From Heterodontus francisci (taxonomy: Eukaryota), in assembly GCF_036365525.1 (NCBI RefSeq), contig NC_090404.1, positions 11,374,550 through 11,438,549 of the forward strand: DNA of 64,000 nt, given 5' to 3'. This document shows positions 8,320 to 20,089 of the stretch, piece after piece. The notes under the pieces were generated by a model that saw nothing but the letters and a program-made list of their open reading frames with translations, made no database searches and was not told the origin of the DNA. The first letter of the stretch is position 1. Each line of letters begins with the position of its first letter. A program made the translations under genes and the position numbers.

Positions 8320-11240
8320 TATTTTTTGTTTCGGCAGTTTCTTTTTGCAGCGGCGACAGGGAGAGCGAGGTGGCAGCTGGGTAAGTGAGTTTACAAGTTA
8401 TATAAACTTACCTTTTTGTTTCGGCAGTTTCTTTTTGCAGCGGTAACAAGGAGAGCGAGGTGGCAGCTGGGTAAGTAAGTCCTATATATTTGGGCAGCGG
8501 GAGTATGATGTCATTGCTATTACTAAGACTTGGTTGAGGGAAGGGTATGATTGGCAACTAAATATCCCAGGATATCGATGCTTCAGGCGGGATAGAGAGG
8601 GAGTTAAAAGGGGTGGAGGAGTTGCATTACTGGTCAAAGAGGATATCACAGCTGTGCTGAAGGAGGGCACTATGGAGGACTCGAGCAGTGAGGCAATATG
8701 GACAGAACTCAGAAATAGGAGGGGTGCGGTAACAATGTTGGGGCTGTACTACAGGCCTCCCAACAGCGAGCGTGAGATAGAGGTACAAATATGTAAACAG
8801 ATTCTGGGAAGATGTAGGAGCAACAGGGTGGTGGTGATAGGAGATTCTAATTTTCCCAACATTGACTGGGATTCACTTGGTGTTAGAGGTCTAGATGGAG
8901 CAGAATTTGTAAGGAGCATCCAGGAGGGTTTTCTAGAGCAGTATGTAAATAGTCCAACTCGGGAAGGGGCCATACTGGACCTGGTGTTGGGGAATGAGCC
9001 CGGCCAGGTGGTTGAAGTTTCAGTAGGGGACTACTTTGGGAATAGTGATCACAATTCCGTAAGTTTTAGAATACTCATGGACAAAGACGAGAGTGGTCCT
9101 AAAGGAAGAGTGCTAAATTGGGGGAAGGCCAACTACACCAAAATTCGGCAGGAGCTGGGGAATGTAGATTGGGAGCAGCTGTTTGAAGGTAAATCCACAT
9201 TTGATATGTGGGAGGCTTTTAAAGAGAGGTTGCTTAGCGTGCAGGAGAGACATGTTCCTGTGAAAATGAGGGATAGAAATGGCAAGATTAGGGAACCATG
9301 GATGACAGGTGAAATTGTGAGACTAGCTAAGAGGAAAAAGGAAGCATACATAAGGTCTAGGAGGCTGAAGAAAGACGAAGCTTTGAAAGAATATCGGGAA
9401 TGTAGGACCAATCTGAAATGAGGAATTCAGAGGGCTAAAAGGGGTCATGAAATATCTTTAGCAAACAGGGTTAAGGAAAATCCCAAAGCCTTTTATTCAT
9501 ATATAAGGAGCAAGAGGGTAATTAGAGAAAGGATTGGCCCACTCAAGGACAAAGGAGGAAAGTTATGCGTGGAGTCAGAGAAAATGGGTGAGATTCTAAA
9601 CAAGTACTTTGCATCGATATTCACCGAGGAGAGGGACATGACGGATGTTGAGGTTAGGGACAGATGTTTGATTACTCTAGGTCAAGTCGGCATAAGGAGG
9701 GAGGAAGTGTTGGGTATTCTAAATGGTATTAAGGTGGACAAGTCCCCAGGTCCGGATGGGATCTATCCCAGGTTACTGAGGGAAGCGAGAGAGGAAATAG
9801 CTGGGGCCTTAACAGATATCTTTGCAGCATCCTTAAACACGGGTGAGGTCCCGGAGGACTGGAGAATTGCTAATGTTGTCCCCTTGTTTAAGAAGGGTAG
9901 CAGGGATAATCCAGGTAATTATCGACCGGTGAGCCTGACGTCAGTGGTAGGGAAGCTGCTGGAGAAGATACTGAGGGATAGGATCTATTCCCATATGGAA
10001 GAAAATGGAAGCGACAAGGTTGATTGATGAGGGAAGGTCTGTAGATGTCATATACATGGACTTCAGTAAGGCGTTTGATAAGGTTCCCCATGGTAGGCTG
10101 ATGGAGAAAGTGAAGTCGCATGGGGTCCAGGGTGTACTAGCTAGATGGATAAAGAACTGGCTGGGCAACAGGAGACAGAGAGTAGAAGTGGAAGGGAGTT
10201 TCTCAAAATGGAGACGTGTGACCAGTGGTGTTCCACAGGGATCCGTGCTGGGACCACTGTTGTTTGTGATATACATAAATGATTTGGAGGAAAGTATAGG
10301 TGGTCTGATTAGCAAGTTTGCAGATGACACTAAGATTGGTGGAGTAGCAGATAGTGAAGGGGACTGTCAGAGAATACAACAGAATATAGAAAGATTGGAG
10401 AGTTGGGCAGAGAAATGGCAGATGGAGTTCAATCAGGGCAAATGCGAGGTGATGCATTTTGGAAGATCCAATTCAAGAGTGAACTATACAGTAAATGGAA
10501 AAGTCCTGGGGAAAATTGATGTACAGAGAGATTTGGGTGTTCAGGTCCATTGTTCCCTGAAGGTGGCAATGCAGGTCAACAGAGTGGTCAAGAAGGCATA
10601 CGGCATGCTTTCCTTCATCGGACGGGGTATTGAGTACAAGAGTTGGCAGGTCATGTTACAGTTGTATAAGACTTTGGTTCGGCCACATTTGGAATACTGC
10701 GTGCAGTTCTGGTCGCCACATTACCAAAAGGATGTAGATGCTTTGGAGATGGTGCAGAGGAGGTTCACCAGGATGTTGCCTGGTATGGAGGGTGCTAGCT
10801 ATGAAGAGAGGTTGAGCAGATTAGGATTATTTTCATTAGAAAGACGGAGGTTGAGGGGAGACCTGATTGAGGTGTACAAAATCATGAGAGGTATAGACAG
10901 GGTGGATAGCAAGACGCTTTTTCCCAGAGTGGGGGATTCAATTACTAGGGGTCACGAGTTCAAAGTGAGTGGGGAAAAATTTAGGGGGATATGCGTGGAA
11001 AGTTCTTTACGCAGAGGGTGGTGGGTGCATGGAATGCGTTGCCAGTGGAGGTGGTAGACGCGGGCACGATAGCATCTTTTAAGATGTATCTAGACAGATA
11101 CATGAATGGGCAGGAAGCAAAGAGATACAGACCCTTAGAAAATAGGCGACATGTTTAGATAGAGGATCAGTATCGGTGCAGGCTTGGAGGGCTGAAGGGC
11201 CTGTTCCTGTGCTGTAATTTTCTTTGTTCTTTGTTCCACC
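8320..11240 (+). mobile_element. CR1 LINE, ORF1 deleted, ORF2 (APE endonuclease + RT) broken by a stop and a deletion
   Basis: ORFs 8534-9421, 9569-10027 and 10005-11057 with GDSNFPNIDW, YRPVSLTS and FADDTK. 5' tandem ~90 bp repeats; 3' tail ttctttgttc. Confidence 0.93.
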
Positions 11241-11318
11241 CAATCCCAGAACTTCCCCGCTCCCCTTCCTCCCTGACTCTGGACTCGCTTTAAACCTGTT
11301 ACATCTCTGACCTTTATC

Positions 11319-11445
11319 CAGTTCTGAAGAAAGGCCACTCACTTGAAATGTTAACTCTCTTTCTCTCTCCAGATTTGCTGCCAGACCTGCTGAGGATTTC
11401 GAGCATTTTCTGTTTTCATTTCAGATTTCCAGCATCTGCAGTGAA
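11319..11445 (+). mobile_element. Penelope-like pLTR fragment with degenerate hammerhead motif
   Basis: agtt CTGAAGA aaggccactcactt GAAA tgttaact, followed by the same tail as 7903-8045. Confidence 0.7.
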
Positions 11446-11784
11446 TTCAATTGCTTGAAGGATCATCTCCGGGTCGATGCCATTTGACCCGGCTCCCCAG
11501 GGAAAGAGGCTTCACTCAGGAGACTGCCACATGGCAGAGGGTCCATTGCAGACTGATTCAGTTTGGACTCTCCCATAACTGGGGGACAGGTTCTGAGACA
11601 CAGAAAACTGCTACCTGAAAGATGACTCACTCTGGGCTGGGTGGAGAGTGGTTTGAGTGACACTCCTCATGCTATATCAGGACTGGTCTGAGCAATTGCT
11701 CACTCTTTTGCTCCTGGAATAGACAGATACAGTCAGGTTGGTGAAGGTCTCTGGTTTTAAACTTTATCTCGCTCAACAGTGTTG

Positions 11785-12300
11785 AGGGACTGTAGGAGTT
11801 TGAGTGTGTCTCTGAACTGTGTTGTGAAACTGAAGGCCTGTGTGTCTCTGAGTTGTGTTGTGGGACTGTGTAAGTTTGTGTCTCTGAACTATGTTGTGAA
11901 ACTGTGTGAGTTTGTGTGTCTCTGAATTGTGTTGTGGGACTGTGTAAGTTTGTGTCTCTAAACTGTGTTCTGAAACTGTGTGAGTTTGTGTGGCTCTGAG
12001 CTGTGTTGTGAAACTGTGTGAGTTTCTGTCTCTGGACCGTGTTGTGGGTCTGTGTAAATTTGTGTGTGTCTGAACCGTGTTTTGGGACTGTGTGAGTTTG
12101 TGTCTCTGGACCGTGTTGTGGGTCTGTGTAAATTTGTGTGTGTCTGAACCGTGTTTTGGGACTGTGTGAGTTTGTGTCTCTGGACCGTGTTGTGGGTCTG
12201 TGTAAATTTGTGTGTGTCTGAACCGTGTTTTGGGACTGTGTGAGTTGGTGTGTCTGAACCGTGTTGTGGAACTGTGTGAGTTTGTGTGTCTGGACCCTGT
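11785..12300. repeat. Minisatellite of 36-38 bp units, partly a 74-bp dimer
   Basis: Repeated ctgtgtgagtttgtgtctctggaccgtgttgtgggt / ctgtgtaaatttgtgtgtgtctgaaccgtgttttggga. It explains the repetitive ORFs at 11672-12352 and 11773-12315. Confidence 0.92.
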
Positions 12301-14059
12301 TGCCCACTCCCCCAAGGCTGGACGTGGATGGATCCCCTCGCAATCCTTCCACCCGCAGTTTTTCGCCAGTCTTGTTACCCTCTATGAACAGACACCCCCT
12401 CCCCCCGACCCCGCCGTATAATTACCCTCCTCAAGTGACTTGGTGCAATCGTGCAGACCGGGTAGTTGTGAACTGGCCGTGCGTTTCACATCTCTCCCCT
12501 GTTTTTATATCACGCGAGTAAAACCCGGGAGAGATGGCAAGCAGGATCCCGGTTCATTATCCCTTGTACAACACCATGGCACTGAGTCCAAATCTCCCCC
12601 AGTGAGAGGTACCGAGACACAGAAACCAGAGATCCAGGGAGAAGGACAGAACTGAGTGAGAGAAATAAACGGAGAGGGAGGAACCAGTGATCGCAACTGA
12701 GGGCAGAGATAGCGAGAAATTGACAGAGAGAGGGAATGTCTGCAAGAGATGGGGGGAGAGAGAGAGAAAAGATTAAGAACTTTTAGAAATATAGAGATAC
12801 AGAGATATAAAGAAAGAAAGTGGAGAGGTTGAGATATGACCAGCCAGGGACCTGCAGAGATAAAGCTGCAGGAAGAGATGGAGAGGGTGAAATATAGACG
12901 TTTTATTGGGTGCTCTGGAGCAGCGGTTCTCAACCTTTGTGTCTCAGAGGGCCCCCCTCCCCCTCGTTGTTATAACTCCAAACCTTTCCTGTAGGTAAGA
13001 TGAGAACACAGAGAAACAGATATTTTAATTAATATTTCCCTTTGGAAGAAGCTCTTATCCAAGGATTCCTCTTGCCAAACTCTCTCTCTCTCTCTCTGCA
13101 TCGATATGTTGCAGCTTCTATAAAATTTCCTCAGAGAAAAGAAAAATGAAACTTTGGTGCAAAGAAAAGACTTAAAATTAAAAAAACACAGCGAGAGCCC
13201 AGAATTCCTTTTCTCTCTGTCACTCACTAACATGGGCATTCTCAGCAACACCATTTACACATCCCCCTCTAGAAAGAGGGAACAGATTTAAAATGCAAGA
13301 GGTGTTATTAGGTGCTGAGATCTTTCCCATTGTCATGTTAATCCAGGTACCATGTCTGCTTTGACCAGAGACATTCCAAGGAGCTGCTTTTTGATGATCT
13401 GTGAACTTATTTCTATAAGACCATTGTTGAGAATATTTCAGCAAATCAACAGGAGGAGAGTCACATGACCAGGCCCCAGTCAGTCCAGAAGCTGCTAAAC
13501 TCTCTTTAAAACTGGCATTAAAGTGATCATTCCTTATCATTGTCCCAGGATTTATCATTACAAATCAGACCTCTGGGAAAGGTGTGAGAAGTGGAGGCTT
13601 CCCTACAGGCTGATATCTGGGCAGTCCCAAAACACTGGAGACCCCCAGAGCCTGTCTCTCTCTTTCTGTTTAACCTGTTATTTCAATCAGTTTCTCTCCC
13701 TCTATTTCTGTGTCTCACCATCTGTTTATGCCTCATTGTAAAAACACAAACACTGGTGATTCCCCATGCCTGTCCTGTTTACTGCCCCTGTCCGCACTCA
13801 GCCCATGTTTGGTGTTCTGTACATTCAATGTTACAGTGGGTAGAAGCTGCTGATTCCTTTTTAAATCACCGTCCCAGGATTTATTTTTGCAAATCAGTCC
13901 GTCTGGAAGGTGGGAGCTGGGCAATGATGATAGTGTAACTCCCCACATCCTGCGTCTCTTCATCCCCCTGCCCCTCTGTTTTGCTGTCTCACCTAATTTT
14001 CCACTCTTTCTCTCCTTCCTCTTTCACTCTCTCCCATTTCTCTCATTCAGAGAGAAGTA

Positions 14060-14760
14060 TAGGGAGAGAGACAGAGGGAGAAATTCACAATCTGAAACTC
14101 AGTAACATGAGTTAAACTGGCTGCTGCAGATTGCATTTAAACCTCAAAATTCATCGCACTGCCTAAAACATGAGTATTAGTCAGGAATTATAACTGACCT
14201 TGTGAAAGCAGTCCTGACCTGGTGAAATTAGACAATGAATTAATTTTTGAAACATGATCATGGTTGCACAGTCTGAAATGCTGAACACAGCTGTACACAG
14301 CAAGATCCCACAAGCAGCAATATTCAGATAAATGGGAGCCACTCCTTCCCCATCCTCTCCCTCTTATATTAGCAACAAGTCACTTCCCTGTCTGACATTT
14401 TCATTATTAATTAAAAGTTCAAGTAGCGAAAAGGCTGAGGAGAAATAAAGAGGGTAAGAGAGAGACATAGAGAAATCCGCAATCAAAGCCTCAGTGACAT
14501 GAATGGTTCATTTAACCCTCAGATTTCATTGCACTGTCTGAAGCACAAGCATTAATCTGGAATTAATAACAAACCTTTACACTATTCCATAACTTATTTC
14601 ACATCCTCCCAATTGCTTTACAGTCAATAATTTAATTTTGACAGTGTGGTCTCTATTGCAGGAAACACTGCAGACAGTTTGTGCACAGCAAGCAGCAATG
14701 TGATTATATCCAGATGGGACATTGGCCCCATTCCTTCCCCATCCTCACACTTGCTGTAAA
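14060..14760. repeat. Diverged local tandem duplication (~14060-14360 vs ~14455-14750)
   Basis: Shared blocks gagaaat.c.caatc..a.ctcagt.acatga, catttaa.cctca.a.ttcat.gcactg.ct.aa and ccttccccatcctc. Confidence 0.6.
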
Positions 14761-15856
14761 CACATCGCAACCCCCACCCCCACCCCCCATGTGTATTCCA
14801 AGTGTAGGGACATCCCATCAGCCCCCAGAAAGTGCTAAATTCCTCATTCAACTGGGAGGAAGCTGCTGACCCCTTTGGGAGACTTTGTAAAATCACTGCA
14901 CCTGGATTTATTTTGGAAAATCAGACCATGTGGAAGGATGTGACTGAGGAGCCAATCTGTAGATGCTGGGAGCTCACACTGGAGACCCCCAGGTCCATCC
15001 CCTGCCACTCTGTATTGATGTCTCTCCCACTGTTTCCCTCATTCTCTTCCCTCTCTCCAGTAGTCGTGGTCCACATCGGAATCAATGACCAAATGCTGGA
15101 AGCTGGGATGAGGCTAGGTGGATTGTTTTTCTGGCCGGCGCAGACACGATGGGCCAAATGGCCTCTTCCTCAAATTCTATATTTCTATGACGTTGTGAAG
15201 TTGTTTCCACTTGTTAATGAATGGAAATCCATGGGCCATGAATACAGTTACTGATAAATCCAACAGGGAAATAAGGAGAGATTTTTTTTCTCAGAGAGTG
15301 GGTAGAACATGAAAGTGGTTGAGGCAAATAGTTGAGATGCTTTCAAAAGGAAACAAGGTTAAACATGAGAAAAAAGAGAACAGAAAGGACTGCTGAAAGG
15401 CTGGAATGAGGGAGATGGAATGGGAGCAGAGGCGTGAGGTGTGTAAGGACCTGTACAGACTAGTTGGACTGAATGGCCTGTTTGTGTACTGTGTATTCTT
15501 TGTCATTCAATGCAATCTCCTTTTACAGAGGATTAGATGGGGAGGATCTGCAAATGGCAAACTCAAACCAAACATATCGTTAAGATCTGACAGAGTTACT
15601 CGATTCATCAGGACCTGAATATCATCGTCCTTTGAATGTGGAAGGAGAAACGTTTGTTCTGTCTTTGGGAAAAGATTTCAAACATCAATGTGACTGGAAA
15701 AGCACCGAGACACACACACCCGAGTGAGTGCCCCAATGCACTGACTGTGAAAGAGTTTTGACCAGTTACAGAGCCTGAAAAATATCACCCCATTCACAGT
15801 GGGGAGAAACTGTACACGGGTCTGTGTGTGGCCGAGACTTCAACAGATCATCCACC

Positions 15857-17035
15857 ATGGAGAAACCGTGGAAATGTGGAGACTGTGGGAAGGGATTCAA
15901 ATACCCCTGCCGGCTGGAAGCTCATCGACGTAGTCACACTGGAGAGAGGCCGTTCACCTGCTCTGTGTGTGGGAGGGGGTTCAATAATATTTCCAACCTG
16001 CTGAGACACCAGGAAGTTCATCCCGGGGAAAGACCGTTCATCTGCCTTAAATGTGGGAAGGGGTTTAAAACTTTATCAGCACTCCAAACACACCAGCCAG
16101 TTCACTCTGATAAGAGACCCTTTAAATGTTCTGATTGCGAAAAGAGATTTAAAAGTAAAAACATGCTACTGCTACACCAACGTACTCATGCTGGGCAGAG
16201 GCCATTCACCTGCTCAAAGTGTGGGAAAGGATTTACTCGCTCATCCCACTTTCTGAAACATCAGCGAATACACACAGGGGAGAGGCCTTTCACCTGCTCA
16301 GTGTGTGCAAAAGGATTTCCTCACTCATCCTGTGTTCTGAGACACCAGCGAATACACACAGGGGAGAGGCCATTCACCTGCTCCGTGTGTGCAAAAGGAT
16401 TTACTCGCTCATCCTGCGTTCTGAGACATGAGCGAGTTCACACTGGGGAGAAACCATTCACCTGCTCCAAGTGTGGGAAGGGATTCACTCAGTCATCTCA
16501 CCTTCTGACACACCAACTTGTTCACACAGAAAGGAGACCTTTTAAATGTTGTGACTGTGAGAAGAGATATAAAAGTAAAAATTACCTACTGCTACATCAA
16601 CGCACTCACACTGGGGAGAGGCCATTCACCTGCTCCGTGTGTGCAAAAGGATTTACTCGCTCATCCTGCGTTCTGAGACATGAGCGAGTTCACACTGGGG
16701 AGAAACCATTCACCTGCTCCAAGTGTGGGAAGCGATTCATTGGGTCATCCCACCTTCTGAGACACCAACTTGTTCACACAGAAAGGAGACCTTATAAATG
16801 TTCTGAATGTGAGAAGAGATTTAAAAGTCCAAATGAGCTGCTGCAACATCAACCTACTCACACTGGGGAGAGGCCATTCACCTGCTCTGTGTGTGGGAAA
16901 AGATTTTCTCGTTCATCCTGTGTTCTGAGACACCAGCGAGTTCACACTGGGGAGAGGCCTTTCACCTGCTCTGTGCGTGGGATGGGGTTAGCGACTTCAA
17001 AAAAACTACTGAGACACCAGCGAGTTCACAAGTGA
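15857..17035 (+). CDS. C2H2 zinc-finger protein, 13 intact fingers plus 1 degenerate
   Basis: Starts at ccacc[18 protein letters not shown]..., with TGERPF linkers. Upstream acceptor tccttttacag near 15528 is shared with the other ZNF paralogs. Confidence 0.9.
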   Translation: MEKPWKCGDCGKGFKYPCRLEAHRRSHTGERPFTCSVCGRGFNNISNLLRHQEVHPGERPFICLKCGKGFKTLSALQTHQPVHSDKRPFKCSDCEKRFKSKNMLLLHQRTHAGQRPFTCSKCGKGFTRSSHFLKHQRIHTGERPFTCSVCAKGFPHSSCVLRHQRIHTGERPFTCSVCAKGFTRSSCVLRHERVHTGEKPFTCSKCGKGFTQSSHLLTHQLVHTERRPFKCCDCEKRYKSKNYLLLHQRTHTGERPFTCSVCAKGFTRSSCVLRHERVHTGEKPFTCSKCGKRFIGSSHLLRHQLVHTERRPYKCSECEKRFKSPNELLQHQPTHTGERPFTCSVCGKRFSRSSCVLRHQRVHTGERPFTCSVRGMGLATSKKLLRHQRVHK

Positions 17036-17094
17036 CTGCAGGGATTGGATTCCGTTATTGCTGCTGTGTATCACATCCAGAACTGAATCCTGAC

Positions 17095-17870
17095 TGGAAA
17101 CCTGTTTCTAGTTAGGTTTCCACAGGGCTCGACAAGTGGTCGCTTGATTTTCCTAGTATATATCAATAATTAGACTTAAATGATTAAAAAGTTTGCAGAT
17201 GATACAAAAATTGGTCGTGTGGTTGATAATGGAGAAGAAAGCTGTAGACTGCAGGAAGATAGCAATGGACTGGTCAGGTGGGCAGTGGTCAGCTTCGCAT
17301 CCTCACAGCTCCAGGGACCCAGGTTCGATTCTGGGTACTGCCTGTGCAGAGTTTGCAAGTTCTCCCTGAGTCTGCGTGGGTTTTCGCTGGGTGCTCCGGT
17401 TTCCTCCCACATCCAAAAGACTTGCGGGTGATAGGTAAATTGGCCATTATAAGCTTATAGTGTAGGGAGGTGATAGGGAATATGGGATTACTGTAGGGTT
17501 AGTATAAATGGGTGGTTGTTGGTCAGCACAGACTCGGTGGGCCGAAGGGCCTGTTTCAATGCTGTATCGCAGAATAAAAGTTTTTTTAAACTAAATAAAA
17601 TTGGCAAATGGAATTCACCAGAGAAGTGTGAGATAATGCGTTTGGGGAGGGTAAACAAGGCAAGGGAGACACAGTGAAAGGTAGGATTCTGCCAAATGTA
17701 GAGGAACAGAAGGACCTTGGAGTACACACCCACAGATACCTGAATGTAGCAGGACAGGTAGATAAGGTGGTCAAGAAGGCATATGGGATACTTTTGTTTA
17801 TTAGCCAAGGCCTGGAGTATAAGAGCAGGGAGATTATACTGGAACTGTATAACACACTAGTTAGATACTT
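17095..17870 (+). mobile_element. CR1 RT fragment interrupted by an HE1-like SINE (~17280-17600)
   Basis: KFADDTKIG and DKVVKKAYG motifs. The SINE has tRNA-like A/B boxes and a CR1-like tail. Confidence 0.8.
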
Positions 17871-17977
17871 TATCAAGTAATTGCAGTCAGTGTTCAGTTA
17901 ATCAGATCTAGGGGATAATGTTAACTAACAAGTGATAGTGACAGTAAAAGATTCTGAATTATTTAGTAAATTAAAAT

Positions 17978-19440
17978 CTAATATATATAGATGACAAGAG
18001 TTAAGTAAAACATTTAAGCTAACTCCATACAAAATAGAGTGACATTAACGTTATGGAAGCAGCTGACAAATGACTATCAGATTAATCTTTATTGATTTAC
18101 ATCTTCAGTTTATTCCAGCGAAGTTAATTAATACTCTAATAAATAAAAGCATGGCAGAGCATCTCAGTCCAGTGGAGGGACATCACTGAGTTCCAGGACA
18201 TCACTGCAGGAGTTCCTCAGGGTAGTGTCCTCGGCCCAACCATCTTCAGCTGCTTCATGAATAACCTTCCTTCAATCATAAGGTCAGGAGTGGGGATGTG
18301 CACTGATGATTGCACAATATTCAGCACCATTTGCAATTCCTCCGATACTGAAGAAGTCCATGTAGAAATGGACAATGTCCAGGCTTGGGCTGATAAGTGG
18401 CAAGTAACATTCGTGCCACACAAGTGCCAAGCAATAACCATTTCCAACAAGGGAGAATCTAATCATCTCCCCTTGACATTCAATGACATTCCTATCACTG
18501 CATCCCCCACTGTCACAATCTGGCAGATCACCATTGTCCAGAACTGAACTTACCACCACCTTCTCAAGGGCAATTAGGGATGGGAAAGAAATGCAGGACT
18601 AGCCAGTGACGCCCACTTCCCATGAACAAATAAAAAAAATATGTTGAATGTGTTGTCAGCTGGAGTAGCAGGAAGGAAAGGAGAATAGTTGAGAGGTGTT
18701 TTTGGACTGAAAGGCTGTTTCCAGTGCGTCCCATGTGGCTCAGTACTATATCAAGATCAAGAAGGGAAGGGGGGAGAATAGGAGAGCGATAGTGATAGGA
18801 GATTCAATGGTTAGAGGAACAGACAGGAGATTCTGTGATCGCGAACGAGACACCCGGATGGTATGTTGCCTCCCGGGTGCCAGGGTCAGGGATGTCTCGG
18901 ATTGAGTCTACGGGATTCTTAAGGGGGAGGGGGAGCAGCCAGAAATCGTGGTGCACATAGCAATGACATAGCTAGGAAAAGGGATGAGGACCTGAAAAGC
19001 GAATATAGGGAGCTAGGTTGGAAGCTAAAAGGCAGGACGAGCAGAATAGTAATCTCAGGATTGATACTGGTGCCACATGCTAGTGAGGCTAGAAATGGAG
19101 CGAGTGCAGCTGAACACTTGGCTACAGAGCTGGTGTAGGAGGGAGGGCTTCAGATATGTGGATCATTGGGATACCTTCTGGGGAAGGTGGAACTTGTACA
19201 AGAAGGATGGGTTGCATCTAATATATATAGATAACAAGAGTTAAGTAAAACATTTAAGTTAACACCATATAAAATAGAGTGACATTAACATGAAGGAAGC
19301 ACCTGACCAGTGACTAGCAGATTAATCTTTATTTGTTTATATCTTCAGTTTACTCCAACGAAGTTAATTAATACTCTAATAAATAAAAGCATGGCAGAGC
19401 ATCTCAGTCCAGTGGAGGGAACATCCTGTTCCATGTGGCA
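17978..19440 (+). mobile_element. Mosaic of LINE fragments: duplicated CR1 5'UTR/ORF1 start (17978-18185 and 19218-19425), L2/Crack-like RT piece, CR1 ORF1 esterase piece
   Basis: ~210 bp near-identical direct repeat ending in MAEHLSPVEGTSCSMW; CTDDCTIF RT motif; VIGDSMVRG and WDTFWGRW SGNH-type ORF1 motifs. Confidence 0.7.
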
Positions 19441-19449
19441 ATACAATGT

Positions 19450-20076
19450 GAGGTGGTGCGATTGTGTTAATGTCATTAGCCAAATAACCCAGGCTAATAA
19501 TCTGGGGGCATGGGTTCAAATCCCATGGCAGATGATAGAATTTGATTCACTTAATGAATTTGGAATTTTAAAAAGCCAATCTAGTCGTGACCTTGAAACC
19601 ACAGTCAATTATTGTTGATTGAACCCATTTGGTTCACTAATGCCATTTAGGAAAGGAAATCTGCCAGCCTTATCTGGTCTGGCCTACATATGACTCCTAA
19701 ACCCACAGCAATGTGGTTGACTCTTAAATTACCTAGCAAGCCACACAGTTAGAGTCATCCAGCACTGAAACAGGCCCGTCAGCCCACTAAGTCTGTGCCG
19801 ACCATCAACCACCCATTTACACTAATCCTACATTAAACCCATGTCCCCTAACACATCCCACCTTCCCTCAATTCCCCTACCACCTACGTACACTAGGGGC
19901 AATTTACAATGGCCAATTTCCCTATCAACCTGTAAGTCTTTGGCTCTGGGAGAACACCGGAGCACCCACCTGGTGACAGGGAGAACTTGCAAACTCCGCA
20001 CGGGCAGTATCCCAGAACCAAATCCACGTCGCTGGTGCTGTGAAGCTGTGGTGCTAACCACTGTGCCGCCCCAAGG
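19450..20076. mobile_element. Two SINEs: second-family SINE (+, 19450-19750) and HE1-like SINE (-, 19755-20076)
   Basis: Similar to 38305-38700 and 48650-49003 respectively. Confidence 0.75.
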
Positions 20077-20089
20077 CAACTAAGTTGAA

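Noticed and set aside
11672-12352. Repetitive 226-aa and 180-aa ORFs
   Set aside because: Translations of the minisatellite; no gene structure.
12920-12960. CAGCGGTTCTCAACCTT hAT/Charlie-like terminal repeat
   Set aside because: No matching second terminus or TSD found.
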